Positions 23,483 to 37,200 of a stretch of DNA of 64,000 nucleotides are shown here, in pieces. Made by a program: the position numbers and the translations under genes. Within the stretch, counting starts at the first letter, position 1, and each line of letters starts with the position of its first letter. Source of the stretch: Eledone cirrhosa (lineage: Eukaryota); assembly GCA_964016885.1 (NCBI GenBank), contig OZ024741.1, forward strand, positions 219,356,001-219,420,000, given 5' to 3'. The notes under the pieces were generated by a model. That model saw nothing but the letters and a program-made list of their open reading frames with translations, had not been told where the DNA came from and did not search any database.

Positions 23483-24228
23483 CAGTGTGTGTGTCTGTTT
23501 CGGTGTGTCTATGTTTGTTTGTGTCTGCATGTGTTTGTATGTCTATTTTTCTGTGTGTCTATGTTTCTGTGTGTGTGTGTGAGTTTTTGTATGTCTATGT
23601 TTTTGTGTGCGTATGTGTCAATGCATGTGTGTGTGTGTGTGTGAGTGTGTATGTCTTTGTGTGTGTGTGAGGAGTGTGTGTGTCTCTTTGTGTGTGTGTG
23701 TCTTTGTGTGTGTGTGTGAGTGTGTATGTCTTTGTGTGTGTGTGAGGAGTGTGTGTGTCTCTTTGTGTGTGAGTGTATGTCTTTGTGTGTGTGTGAGTGT
23801 GTATGTTTTTGCATGTGTGTGAGAAGTGTGTGTGAGTCTTTGTGTGTGTGTGTGTATGTCTTTATGTGTGTGAGTGTGTATGTATGTGTGTGAGTGAGTG
23901 TGTATGTATTTGTGTGTGTGTGAGTGTGTATGTCTTTGTGTGAGTGTGTATGTATTTGTGAGTGTGTATGTCTTAGTGTGTGTGTGTGTGTATGTGTATA
24001 TGTCTTTATGTGTGTGAGTGTGTAGGTCTTTGCGTGTGTGTGTGTATGTTTCTTTGTGTGTGAGTGTGTATGTCTTTGTGTGTGTGTGTATGTTTCTTTG
24101 TGTGTGAGTGTGTGTGTGTGTGTGTGTATGTTTCTTTGTGTGTGAGTGTGTATGTCTTTGTGTGTGTGTGTGTTTCTTTGTGTGTGAGTGTGTATGTATT
24201 TGTGTGTGTGTGTGTGTATGAGTGTGTG
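23343..24228. repeat. Degenerate (GT)n-derived low-complexity tract
   Basis: Direct reading. Confidence 0.9.
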
Positions 24229-24291
24229 GACATCTGTTAGGTTAGCAACAAGTGCTAAGTAAGAAAAGATCTTATGTTATATATATTTCAA

Positions 24292-24483
24292 GGGCGATGG
24301 ATTGGCGGTATTGGTAGAGGGTCGGACGCCATGCTTTGCAGCAAAGAGTTATGGCCCTTTATGGTCTGAGTTCAAATCCCGCCATTGTCAACTTTGCCTT
24401 TCATCCTTACGGGGTCGATAAAATAAAGTACCAGTGATACACTGGGAAAATTGCTGGCCTTGTGCCAAAAGTAGAAACAATTA
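24292..24483 (+). mobile_element. tRNA-derived SINE family B
   Basis: B-box GAGTTCAAATCC; CAACTTTGCCTTTCATCC...GGGTCGATAAAATAAAGTACCAGT core. Confidence 0.75.
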
Positions 24484-24505
24484 TATATATTTCCACCTCC
24501 ATCTG

Positions 24506-24846
24506 GAGGCACATGGCTTAGTGGTTAGAGCATTGGCCTTGCAATCGAAAGGTTGTGAGTTCAATTCTCAGACCGGTGCGATGTGTTGTTTCCTTGAGCA
24601 AGACACTTTATTTCACATTGCTCCAGTTTACTCAGCTGTAGAAATGAGATAATAGGGACTGGGGTCCATATCATTCCACTGCAAAGTGGTCGTGGAGGTG
24701 CCACGGCAAAAAAGCACCCACCACTCACTGTAAATGAGCTTGGTGTTAGGAAGGGCGTCCAGCTGTAGAAATCAAACCAGTATCAGTTCCCGTCCCACCC
24801 TTGCAAGCAGGGAAAAGCGGACGTAAAATGAAATGAATGAATGAAT
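24506..24846 (+). mobile_element. Full-length SINE family A: tRNA head, body, RTE 3' tail and (TGAA)n
   Basis: A-box TGGCTTAGTGG, B-box GAGTTCAATTC; 3' half matches the RTE 3' UTR. Confidence 0.85.
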
Positions 24847-24879
24847 GTGTGGTGGTGGTCAGTGGTCATCTTATATAGT

Positions 24880-25040
24880 AGGCAGCAAACTGACAGAGTC
24901 GTTAGAACGTCAGATAGAATACTTTACGGTAATCACTCTGGCTCTCTGCTCTCTGAGCTCAAATCCCACCGAGGTCAACTTTGCCTTTCATCATTTCGAG
25001 GTTGATAAAAAAAAGTACCAGTCATATAGTGGGGTCGATT
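24880..25040 (+). mobile_element. Diverged SINE family B copy
   Basis: CTGAGCTCAAATCCCACCGAGGTCAACTTTGCCTTTCATC...AAGTACCAGT. Confidence 0.7.
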
Positions 25041-25200
25041 CTTCCTCTATATCTCTTTCTCATTTCCTTTCTCTGGAAGAAATCTGCTGTACACAGACCT
25101 GGAGAGGGATGGGCTCTGCCAGGCTTTGAAATACCCAAGAAATGTTGTATGTCAGTACGGCATCTCTAGAACTCTATCAGCAATTACAGGACCATACATG

Positions 25201-28200
25201 TATATTTCTACCTCCATCTGTGGTGGTGGTCACTATATATAATGTTCTATATTTCTACCTCCATCTGTGGTGGTGGTCACTATATATAATGTTCTATATT
25301 TCTACCTCCATCTGTGGTGGTGGTCACTATATATAATGTTCTATATTTCTACCTCCCACTCCATCTGTGGTGGTGGTCACTATATATAATGTTCTATATT
25401 TCTACCCCCCCCCTCCATATGTGGTGGTGGTCACTATATATAATGTTCTATATTTCTACCCCCCCTCCATATGTGGTGGTGGTCACTATATATAATGTTC
25501 TATATTTCTACCTCGCCCTCCATATGTGGTCGTGGTCACTATATATAATGTTCTATATTTCTACCTCCCCCTCCATCTGTGCTGGTGGTCACTATATATA
25601 ATGTTCTATATTTCTACCTCCCCCCCATATGTGGTGGTGGTCACTATATATAATGTTCTATATTTCTACCTCCCCCTCCATCTATGGTGGTGGTCACTAT
25701 ATATAATGTTCTATATTTCTACCTCCCCCTCCATATGTGCTGGTGGTCACTATATATAATGTTCTATATTTCTACCTCCCCCCTCCATCTGTGCTGGTGG
25801 TCACTATATATAATGTTCTATATTTCTACCTCCCCCTCCATATGTGCTGGTGGTCACTATATATAATGTTCTATATTTCTACCTCCCCCTCCATATGTGC
25901 TGGTGGTCACTATATATAATGTTCTATATTTCTACCTCCCCCCCCATCTATGGTGGTGGTCACTATATATAATGTTCTATATTTCTACCTCCCCCTCCAT
26001 ATGTGCTGGTGGTCACTATATATAATGTTCTATATTTCTACCTCCCCCTCCATCTGTGGTGGTGGTCACTATATATAATGTTCTATAGTTCTACCCCCCC
26101 CCCTCCATATGTGGTGGTGGTCACTATATATAATGTTCTATATTTCTACCTCCCCCCTCCATCTGTGGTGGTGGTCACTATATATAATGTTCTATATTTC
26201 TACCTCCCCCTCCATATGTGGTGGTGTTCACTATTTATAATGTTCTATATTTCTACCTCCCCCTCCATCTGGTAGTGGTCACTATATATAATGTTCTACC
26301 TCCCCCCTCCATCTGTGCTGGTGGTCACTATATATAATGTTCTATATTTCTACCTCCCCCCTCCATATGTGGTGGTGGTCACTATATATAATGTTCTATA
26401 TTTCTACCTCCCCTCCATCTGTGCTGGTGGTCCCTATATATAATGTTCTATATTTCTACCTTCCCCCTCCATCTGTGGTGGTGGTCACTATATATAATGT
26501 TCTATATTTCTACCTCCCCCTCCATATGTGCTGGTGGTCACTATATATAATGTTCTATATTTCTACCTCCCCCTCCATATGTGGTGGTGGTCACTATATA
26601 TAATGTTCTATATTTCTACCTCCCCCTCCATCTGTGGTGGTGGTCACTATATATAATGTTCTATATTTCTACCTCCCCCCTCCATATGTGGTGGTGGTCA
26701 CTATATATAATGTTCTATATTTCTACCTCCCCCCTCCATCTGTGGTTGTGGTGACTATATATAATGTTCTATATTCCTACCTCCCCCTCCATCTGTGGTG
26801 GTGGTCACTATATATAATGTTCTATATTTCTACCTCCCCCCTCCATCTGTGGTGGTGGTCACTATATATAATGTTCTATATTTCTACCTCGCCCTCCATA
26901 TGTGGTGGTGGTCACTATATATAATGTTCTATATTTCTACCTCCCCCCTCCATCTGTGGTGGTGGTCACTATATATAATGTTCTATATTTCTACCTCCCC
27001 CCTTCATCTGTGTGGTGGTCACTATATATAATGTTCTATAGTTCTACCCCCCCCCTCCATATGTGGTGGTGGTCACTATATATAATGTTCTATATTTCTA
27101 CCTTCCCCCTCCATCTGTGGTGGTGGTCACTATATATAAAGTTCTATATTTCTACCTCCCCCTCCATATGTGGTGGTGTTCACTATTTATAATGTTCTAT
27201 ATTTCTACCTCCCCCTCCATCTGGTAGTGGTCACTATATATAATGTTCTATATTTCTACCTCCCCTCCATCTGTGGTGGTGGTCACTATATATAATGTTC
27301 TATATTTCTACCTCCCCCTCCATCTGTTCTGGTGGTCACTATATATAATGTTCTATATTTCTACCTCCCCCTCCATATGTGGTGGTGGTCACTATGTATA
27401 ATGTTCTATATTTCTACCTCCCCTCCATATGTGGTGGTGGTCACTATATATAATGTTCTATATTTCTACCTCCCCTCCATCTGTGGTGGTGGTCAATATA
27501 TATAATGTTCTATATTTGTACCTCCCCCTCTATATGTGGTGGTGGTCACTATATATAATGTTCTATAGTTCTACCCCCCCCCCTCCATATGTGGTGGTGG
27601 TCACTATATATAATGTTCTATATTTCTACCTCCCCTCCATCTGTGGTGGTGGTCAATATATATAATGTTCTATATTTCTACCTCCCCCTCCATATGTGGT
27701 GGTGGTCACTATATATAATGTTCTATAGTTCTACCCCCCCCCCCCTCCATATGTGGTGGTGGTCACTATATATAATGTTCTATATTTCTACCTCCCCTCC
27801 TTCATCTGTGGTGGTGGTCCCTATATATAATGTTCTATATTTCTACCTCACCCTCCATATATGGTTGTGGTCACTATATATAATGTTCTATATTCCTACC
27901 TCCCCCTCCATCTGTGGTTGTGGTGACTATATATAATGTTCTATATTCCTACCTCCCCCTCCATCTGTGGTCACTATATATAATGTTCTACCTCCCCCTT
28001 CCATCTGTGGTGGTGGTCACTATATATAATGTTCTACCTCCCCCTTCCATCTGTGGTGGTGGTCACTATATATAATGTTCTATAGTTCTACCCCCCCTCC
28101 ATATGTAGTGGTGGTCACTATATATAATGTTCTATATTTCTACCTCCCCCTCCATATGTGGTGGTGGTCACTATATATAATGTTCTATATTTCTACCTCC

Positions 28201-31200
28201 CCCTCCATATGTGGTGGTGGTCACTATATATAATGTTCTATATTTCTACCTCCCCCTCCATATGTGGTGGTGGTCACTATATATAATGTTCTATATTTCT
28301 ACCTCCCCCTCCATATGTGCTGGTGGTCACTATATATAATGTTCTATATTTCTACCTCCCCCTCCATATGTTGTTGTGGTCACTATATATAATGTTCTAT
28401 ATTTCTACCTCCCCCTCCATCTGTGCTGGTGGTCACTATATATAATGTTCTATATTTCTACCTCCCCCTCCATATGTGCTGGTGGTCACTATATATAATG
28501 TTCTATATTTCTACCTCCCCCTCCATATGTGGTGGTGGTCACTATATATAATGTTCTATATTCCTACCTCCCCCTCCATCTGTGGTCACTATATATAATG
28601 TTCTACCTCCCTCTCCATCTGTGGTCACTATATATAATGTTCTACCTCCCCCTTCCATCTGTGGTGGTGGTCACTATATATAATGTTCTAGCTCCCCCCT
28701 CCATCTGTGGTGGTGGTCACTATATATAATGTTCTATATTCCTACCTCCCCCTCCATCTGTGGTGGTGGTCACTATATATAATGTTCTACCTCCCCCCTC
28801 CATCTGTGCTGGTGGTCACTATATATAATGTTCTACCTCCCCCCTTCATCTGTGTGGTGGTCACTATATATAATGTTCTATATTTCTACCTCCCCCTCCA
28901 TCTGTTCTGGTGGTCACTATATATAATGTTCTATATTTCTACCTCCTCCTCCATCTGTGGTGGTGGTCAATATATATAATGTTCTATATTTCTACCTCCC
29001 CCTCCATCTGTGGTGGTGGTCACTATATATAATGTTCTATATTTCTACCTCCCCCTCCATCTGTGGTGGTGGTCAATATATATAATGTTCTATATTTCTA
29101 CCTCCCCCTCCATCTGTGGTGGTGGTCACTATATATAATGTTCTATATTTCTACCTCCCCCTCCATCTGTGGTGGTGGTCACTATATATAATGTTCTATA
29201 TTTCTACCTCCCCCTCCATATGTGGTGGTGTTCACTATTTATAATGTTCTATATTTCTACCTCCCCCTCCATCTGGTAGTGGTCACTATATATAATGTTC
29301 TACCTCCCCCCTCCATCTGTGCTGGTGGTCACTATATATAATGTTCTATATTTCTACCTCCCCCCTCCATATGTGGTGGTGGTCACTATATATAATGTTC
29401 TATATTTCTACCTCCCCTCCATCTGTGCTGGTGGTCCCTATATATAATGTTCTATATTTCTACCTTCCCCCTCCATCTGTGGTGGTGGTCACTATATATA
29501 ATGTTCTATATTTCTACCTCCCCCTCCATATGTGCTGGTGGTCACTATATATAATGTTCTATATTTCTACCTCCCCCTCCATATGTGGTGGTGGTCACTA
29601 TATATAATGTTCTATATTTCTACCTCCCCCTCCATCTGTGGTGGTGGTCACTATATATAATGTTCTATATTTCTACCTCCCCCCTCCATATGTGGTGGTG
29701 GTCACTATATATAATGTTCTATATTTCTACCTCCCCCCTCCATCTGTGGTTGTGGTGACTATATATAATGTTCTATATTCCTACCTCCCCCTCCATCTGT
29801 GGTGGTGGTCACTATATATAATGTTCTATATTTCTACCTCCCCCCTCCATCTGTGGTGGTGGTCACTATATATAATGTTCTATATTTCTACCTCGCCCTC
29901 CATATGTGGTGGTGGTCACTATATATAATGTTCTATATTTCTACCTCCCCCCTCCATCTGTGGTGGTGGTCACTATATATAATGTTCTATATTTCTACCT
30001 CCCCCCTTCATCTGTGTGGTGGTCACTATATATAATGTTCTATAGTTCTACCCCCCCCCTCCATATGTGGTGGTGGTCACTATATATAATGTTCTATATT
30101 TCTACCTTCCCCCTCCATCTGTGGTGGTGGTCACTATATATAAAGTTCTATATTTCTACCTCCCCCTCCATATGTGGTGGTGTTCACTATTTATAATGTT
30201 CTATATTTCTACCTCCCCCTCCATCTGGTAGTGGTCACTATATATAATGTTCTATATTTCTACCTCCCCTCCATCTGTGGTGGTGGTCACTATATATAAT
30301 GTTCTATATTTCTACCTCCCCCTCCATCTGTTCTGGTGGTCACTATATATAATGTTCTATATTTCTACCTCCCCCTCCATATGTGGTGGTGGTCACTATG
30401 TATAATGTTCTATATTTCTACCTCCCCTCCATATGTGGTGGTGGTCACTATATATAATGTTCTATATTTCTACCTCCCCTCCATCTGTGGTGGTGGTCAA
30501 TATATATAATGTTCTATATTTGTACCTCCCCCTCTATATGTGGTGGTGGTCACTATATATAATGTTCTATAGTTCTACCCCCCCCCCCCCTCCATATGTG
30601 GTGGTGGTCACTATATATAATGTTCTATATTTCTACCTCCCCTCCATCTGTGGTGGTGGTCAATATATATAATGTTCTATATTTCTACCTCCCCCTCCAT
30701 ATGTGGTGGTGGTCACTATATATAATGTTCTATAGTTCTACCCCCCCCCCCTCCATATGTGGTGGTGGTCACTATATATAATGTTCTATATTTCTACCTC
30801 CCCTCCTTCATCTGTGGTGGTGGTCCCTATATATAATGTTCTATATTTCTACCTCACCCTCCATATATGGTTGTGGTCACTATATATAATGTTCTATATT
30901 CCTACCTCCCCCTCCATCTGTGGTTGTGGTGACTATATATAATGTTCTATATTCCTACCTCCCCCTCCATCTGTGGTCACTATATATAATGTTCTACCTC
31001 CCCCTTCCATCTGTGGTGGTGGTCACTATATATAATGTTCTACCTCCCCCTTCCATCTGTGGTGGTGGTCACTATATATAATGTTCTATAGTTCTACCCC
31101 CCCTCCATATGTAGTGGTGGTCACTATATATAATGTTCTATATTTCTACCTCCCCCTCCATATGTGGTGGTGGTCACTATATATAATGTTCTATATTTCT

Positions 31201-34200
31201 ACCTCCCCCTCCATATGTGGTGGTGGTCACTATATATAATGTTCTATATTTCTACCTCCCCCTCCATATGTGGTGGTGGTCACTATATATAATGTTCTAT
31301 ATTTCTACCTCCCCCTCCATATGTGCTGGTGGTCACTATATATAATGTTCTATATTTCTACCTCCCCCTCCATATGTTGTTGTGGTCACTATATATAATG
31401 TTCTATATTTCTACCTCCCCCTCCATCTGTGCTGGTGGTCACTATATATAATGTTCTATATTTCTACCTCCCCCTCCATATGTGCTGGTGGTCACTATAT
31501 ATAATGTTCTATATTTCTACCTCCCCCTCCATATGTGGTGGTGGTCACTATATATAATGTTCTATATTCCTACCTCCCCCTCCATCTGTGGTCACTATAT
31601 ATAATGTTCTACCTCCCTCTCCATCTGTGGTCACTATATATAATGTTCTACCTCCCCCTTCCATCTGTGGTGGTGGTCACTATATATAATGTTCTAGCTC
31701 CCCCCTCCATCTGTGGTGGTGGTCACTATATATAATGTTCTATATTCCTACCTCCCCCTCCATCTGTGGTGGTGGTCACTATATATAATGTTCTACCTCC
31801 CCCCTCCATCTGTGCTGGTGGTCACTATATATAATGTTCTACCTCCCCCCTTCATCTGTGTGGTGGTCACTATATATAATGTTCTATATTTCTACCTCCC
31901 CCTCCATCTGTTCTGGTGGTCACTATATATAATGTTCTATATTTCTACCTCCTCCTCCATCTGTGGTGGTGGTCAATATATATAATGTTCTATATTTCTA
32001 CCTCCCCCTCCATCTGTGGTGGTGGTCACTATATATAATGTTCTATATTTCTACCTCCCCCTCCATCTGTGGTGGTGGTCAATATATATAATGTTCTATA
32101 TTTCTACCTCCCCCTCCATCTGTGGTGGTGGTCACTATATATAATGTTCTATATTTCTACCTCCCCCTCCATCTGTGGTGGTGGTCACTATATATAATGT
32201 TCTATATTTCTACCTCCCCCTCCATCTGTGGTGGTAGTCACTATATATAATGTTCTATATTTCTACCTCCCCCACCATCTGTGGTGGTGGTCACTATATA
32301 TAATGTTCTATATTTCTACCTCCCCCCTCCATCTGTGGTGGTGTTCACTATTTATAATGTTCTATATTTCTACCTCCCCCTCCATCTGGTAGTGGTCACT
32401 ATATATAATGTTCTATATTTCTACCTCCCCTCCATCTGTGGTGGTGGTCACTATATATAATGTTCTACCTCCCCCTTCCATCTGTGGTGGTGGTCACTAT
32501 ATATAATGTTCTATATTTCTACCTCCACCTCCATCTGTTCTGGTGGTCACTATATATAATGTTCTATATTTTTACCTCCCCCTCCATATGTGGTGGTGGT
32601 CACTATATATAATGTTCTATATTTCTACCTCCCCTCCATATGTGGTGGTGGTCACTATATATAATGTTCTATATTTTTACCTCCCCTCCATTTGTGGTGG
32701 TGGTCACTATATATAATGTTCTATAGTTCTACCCCCCCCTCCATATGTGGTGGTGGTCACTATATATAATTTTCTATATTTCTACCTCCCCCCTCCATCT
32801 GTGGTGGTGGTCACTATATATAATGCTCAGTATTTCTACCTCCCCCCTCCATCTGTGGTGGTGGTCACTATATATACTGTTCTATAATTCTACCTCCTCC
32901 TCCATCTGTGCTGGTGGTCACTATATATAATGTTCTATATTTCTACTTACCCCTCCATATGTGGTGGTGGTCACTATATATAATGTTCTATATTTCTACC
33001 TCCCCCTCCATCTGTGTTGGTGGTCACTATATATAATGTTCTATATTTCTACCTCCCCTCCTTCATCTGTGGTGGTGGTCCCTATATATAATGTTCTATA
33101 TTTCTACCTCCCCCTCCATATGTGGTGGTGGTCACTATATATAATGTTCTATATTTCTACCTCCCCCTCCATATGTGCTGGTGGTCCCTATATATAATGC
33201 TCTATATTTCTACCTCCCCCTCCATATATGGTGGTGGTCACTATATATAATGTTCTATATTTCTACCTCCCCCTCCATATGTGCTGGTGGTCACTATATA
33301 TAATGTTCTATATTTCTACCTCCCCCTCCATATGTTGTTGTGGTCACTATATATAATGTTCTATATTTCTACCTCCCCCTCCATCTGTGCTGGTGGTCAC
33401 TATATATAATGTTCTACATTTCTACCTCCCCCTCCATATGTGCTGGTGGTCACTATATATAATGTTCTATATTTCTACCTCCCCCTCCATATGTGGTTGT
33501 GGTCACTATATATAATGTTCTATATTCCTACCTCCCCCTCCATCTGTGGTTGTGGTGACTATATATAATGTTCTATATTCCTACCTCCCCCTCCATCTGT
33601 GGTCACTATATATAATGTTCTACCTCCCCCTTCCATCTGTGGTGGTGGTCACTATATATAATGTTCTATAGTTCTACCCCCCCTCCATATGTAGTGGTGG
33701 TCACTATATATAATGTTCTATATTTCTACCTCCCCCTCCATATGTGGTGGTGGTCACTATATATAATGTTCTATATTTCTACCTCCCCCTCCATATGTGC
33801 TGGTGGTCACTATATATAATGTTCTATATTTCTACCTCCCCCTCCATATGTGGTGGTGGTCACTATATATAATGTTCTATATTTCTACCTCCCCCTCCAT
33901 ATGTGCTGGTGGTCACTATATATAATGTTCTATATTTCTACCTCCCCCTCCATATGTTGTTGTGGTCACTATATATAATGTTCTATATTTCTACCTCCCC
34001 CTCCATCTGTGCTGGTGGTCACTATATATAATGTTCTATATTTCTACCTCCCCCTCCATATGTGCTGGTGGTCACTATATATAATGTTCTATATTTCTAC
34101 CTCCCCCTCCATCTGTGCTGGTGGTCACTATATATAATGTTCTATATTTCTACCTCCCCCTCCATATGTGCTGGTGGTCACTATATATAATGTTCTATAT

Positions 34201-37200
34201 TTCTACCTCCCCCTCCATATGTGGTGGTGGTCACTATATATAATGTTCTATATTTCTACCTCCCCCTCCATCTGTGGTCACTATATATAATGTTCTACCT
34301 CCCTCTCCATCTGTGGTCACTATATATAATGTTCTACCTCCCCCTTCCATCTGTGGTGGTGGTCACTATATATAATGTTCTACCTCCCCCCTCCATCTGT
34401 GGTGGTGGTCACTATATATAATGTTCTATATTCCTACCTCCCCCTCCATCTGTGGTGGTGGTCACTATATATAATGTTCTACCTCCCCCCTCCATCTGTG
34501 CTGGTGGTCACTATATATAATGTTCTACCTCCCCCCTTCATCTGTGTGGTGGTCACTATATATAATGTTCTATATTTCTACCTCCCCCTCCAACTGTTCT
34601 GGTGGTCACTATATATAATGTTCTATATTTCTACCTCCTCCTCCATCTGTGGTGGTGGTCAATATATATAATGTTCTATATTTCTACCTCCCCCTCCATC
34701 TGTGGTGGTGGTCACTATATATAATGTTCTATATTTCTACCTCCCCCCTTCATCTGTGGTGGTAGTCACTATATATAATGTTCTATATTTCTACCTCCCC
34801 CACCATCTGTGGTGGTGGTCACTATATATAATGTTCTATATTTCTACCTCCCCCCTCCATCTGCGGTGGTGTTCACTATTTATAATGTTCTATATTTCTA
34901 CCTCCCCCTCCATCTGGTAGTGGTCACTATATATAATGTTCTATATTTCTACCTCCCCTCCATCTGTGGTGGTGGTCACTATATATAATGTTCTATATTT
35001 CTACCTCCACCTCCATCTGTTCTGGTGGTCACTATATATAATGTTCTATATTTTTACCTCCCCCTCCATATGTGGTGGTGGTCACTATATATAATGTTCT
35101 ATATTTCTACCTCCCCTCCATATGTGGTGGTGGTCACTATATATAATGTTCTATATTTCTACCTCCCCTCCATTTGTGGTGGTGGTCACTATATATAATG
35201 TTCTATAGTTCTACCCCCCCTCCATATGTGGTGGTGGTCACTATATATTATTTTCTATATTTCTACCTCCCCCCTCCATCTGTGGTGGTGGTCACTATAT
35301 ATAATGCTCAGTATTTCTACCTCCCCCTCCATATGTGCTGGTGGTCACTATATATAATGTTCTATATTTCTACCTCCCCCTCCATATGTGGTGTGTGGTC
35401 ACTATATATAATGTTCTATATTTCTACCTCCACCCTCCATCTGTGGTGGTGGTCACTATATATAATGTTCTATATTTCTACTTACCCCTCCATCTGTGGT
35501 GGTGGTCACTATATATAATGTTCTATATTTCTACCTCCTCCTCCATCTGTGGTGGTGGTCACTATATATAATTTTCTACATTTCTACCTCCCGCTCCATC
35601 TGTGGTGGTGGTCACTATATATAATGTTCTATATTTCTACCTCCCCCTCCATCTGTGGTGGTGGTCACTATATATAATGCTCAGTATTTCTACCTCCCCC
35701 CTCCATCTGTGGTGGTGGTCACTATATATACTGTTCTATAATTCTACCTCCCCCTCCATCTGTGCTGGTGGTCACTATATATAATGTTCTATATTTCTAC
35801 TTACCCCTCCATATGTGGTGGTGGTCACTATATATAATGTTCTATATTTCTACCTCCCCCTCCATCTGTGTTGGTGGTCACTATATATAATGTTCTATAT
35901 TTCTACCTCCCCTCCTTCATCTGTGGTGGTGGTCCCTATATATAATGTTCTATATTTCTACCTCCCCCTCCATATGTGGTGGTGGTCACTATATATAATG
36001 TTCTATATTTCTACCTCCCCCTCCATATGTGCTGGTGGTCCCTATATATAATGTTCTATATTTCTACCTCCCCCTCCATATATGGTGGTGGTCACTATAT
36101 ATAATGTTCTATATTTCTACCTCCCCCTCAATATGTGCTGGTGGTCACTATATATAATGTTCTATATTTCTACCTCCCCCTCCATATGTTGTTGTGGTCA
36201 CTATATATAATGTTCTATATTTCTACCTCCCCCTCCATCTGTGCTGGTGGTCACTATATATAATGTTCTATATTTCTACCTCCCCCTCCATATGTGCTGG
36301 TGGTCACTATATATAATGTTCTATATTTCTACCTCCCCTCCATATGTGGTGGTGGTCACTATATATAATGTTCTATATTCCTACCTCCCCCTCCATCTGT
36401 GGTTGTGGTGACTATATATAATGTTCTATATTCCTACCTCCCCCTCCATCTGTGGTCATTATATATAATGTTCTACCTCCACCTTCCATCTGTGGTGGTG
36501 GTCACTATATATAATGTTCTATAGTTCTACCCCCCCCTCCATATGTAGTGGTGGTCACTATATATAATGTTCTATATTTCTACCTCCCCCTCCATATGTG
36601 GTGGTGGTCACTATATATAATGTTCTATATTTCTACATCCCCCTCCATATGTGCTGGTGGTCCCTATATATAATGTTCTATATTTCTACCTCCCCCTCCA
36701 TATGTGGTGGTGGTCACTATATATAATGTTCTATATTTCTACCTCCCCCTCCATATGTGCTGGTGGTCACTATATATAATGTTCTATATGTCTACCTCCC
36801 CCTCCATATGTGGTGGTGGTCACTATATATAATGTTCTATATTTCTACCTCCCCCTCCATCTGTGCTGGTGGTCACTATATATAATGTTCTATATTTCTA
36901 CCTCCCCCTCCATATGTGCTGGTGGTCACTATATATAATGTTCTATATTTCTACCTCCCCCTCCATATGTGGTGGTGGTCACTATATATAATGTTCTATA
37001 TTCCTACCTCCCCCTCCATCTGTGGTCACTATATATAATGTTCTACCTCCCCCTCCATCTGTGGTCACTATATATAATGTTCTACCTCCCCCTTCCATCT
37101 GTGGTGGTGGTCACTATATATAATGTTCTACCTCCCCCCTCCATCTGTGGTGGTGGTCACTATATATAATGTTCTATATTCCTATCTCCCCCTCCATCTG

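Noticed and set aside
24506-24580. tRNA gene
   Set aside because: tRNA-like A/B boxes continue into a repeated SINE body and LINE tail; no clean cloverleaf or terminator
25040-25200. Candidate next host-gene exon in the unique stretch before the satellite
   Set aside because: No convincing acceptor/frame combination and no CFAP99-like residues
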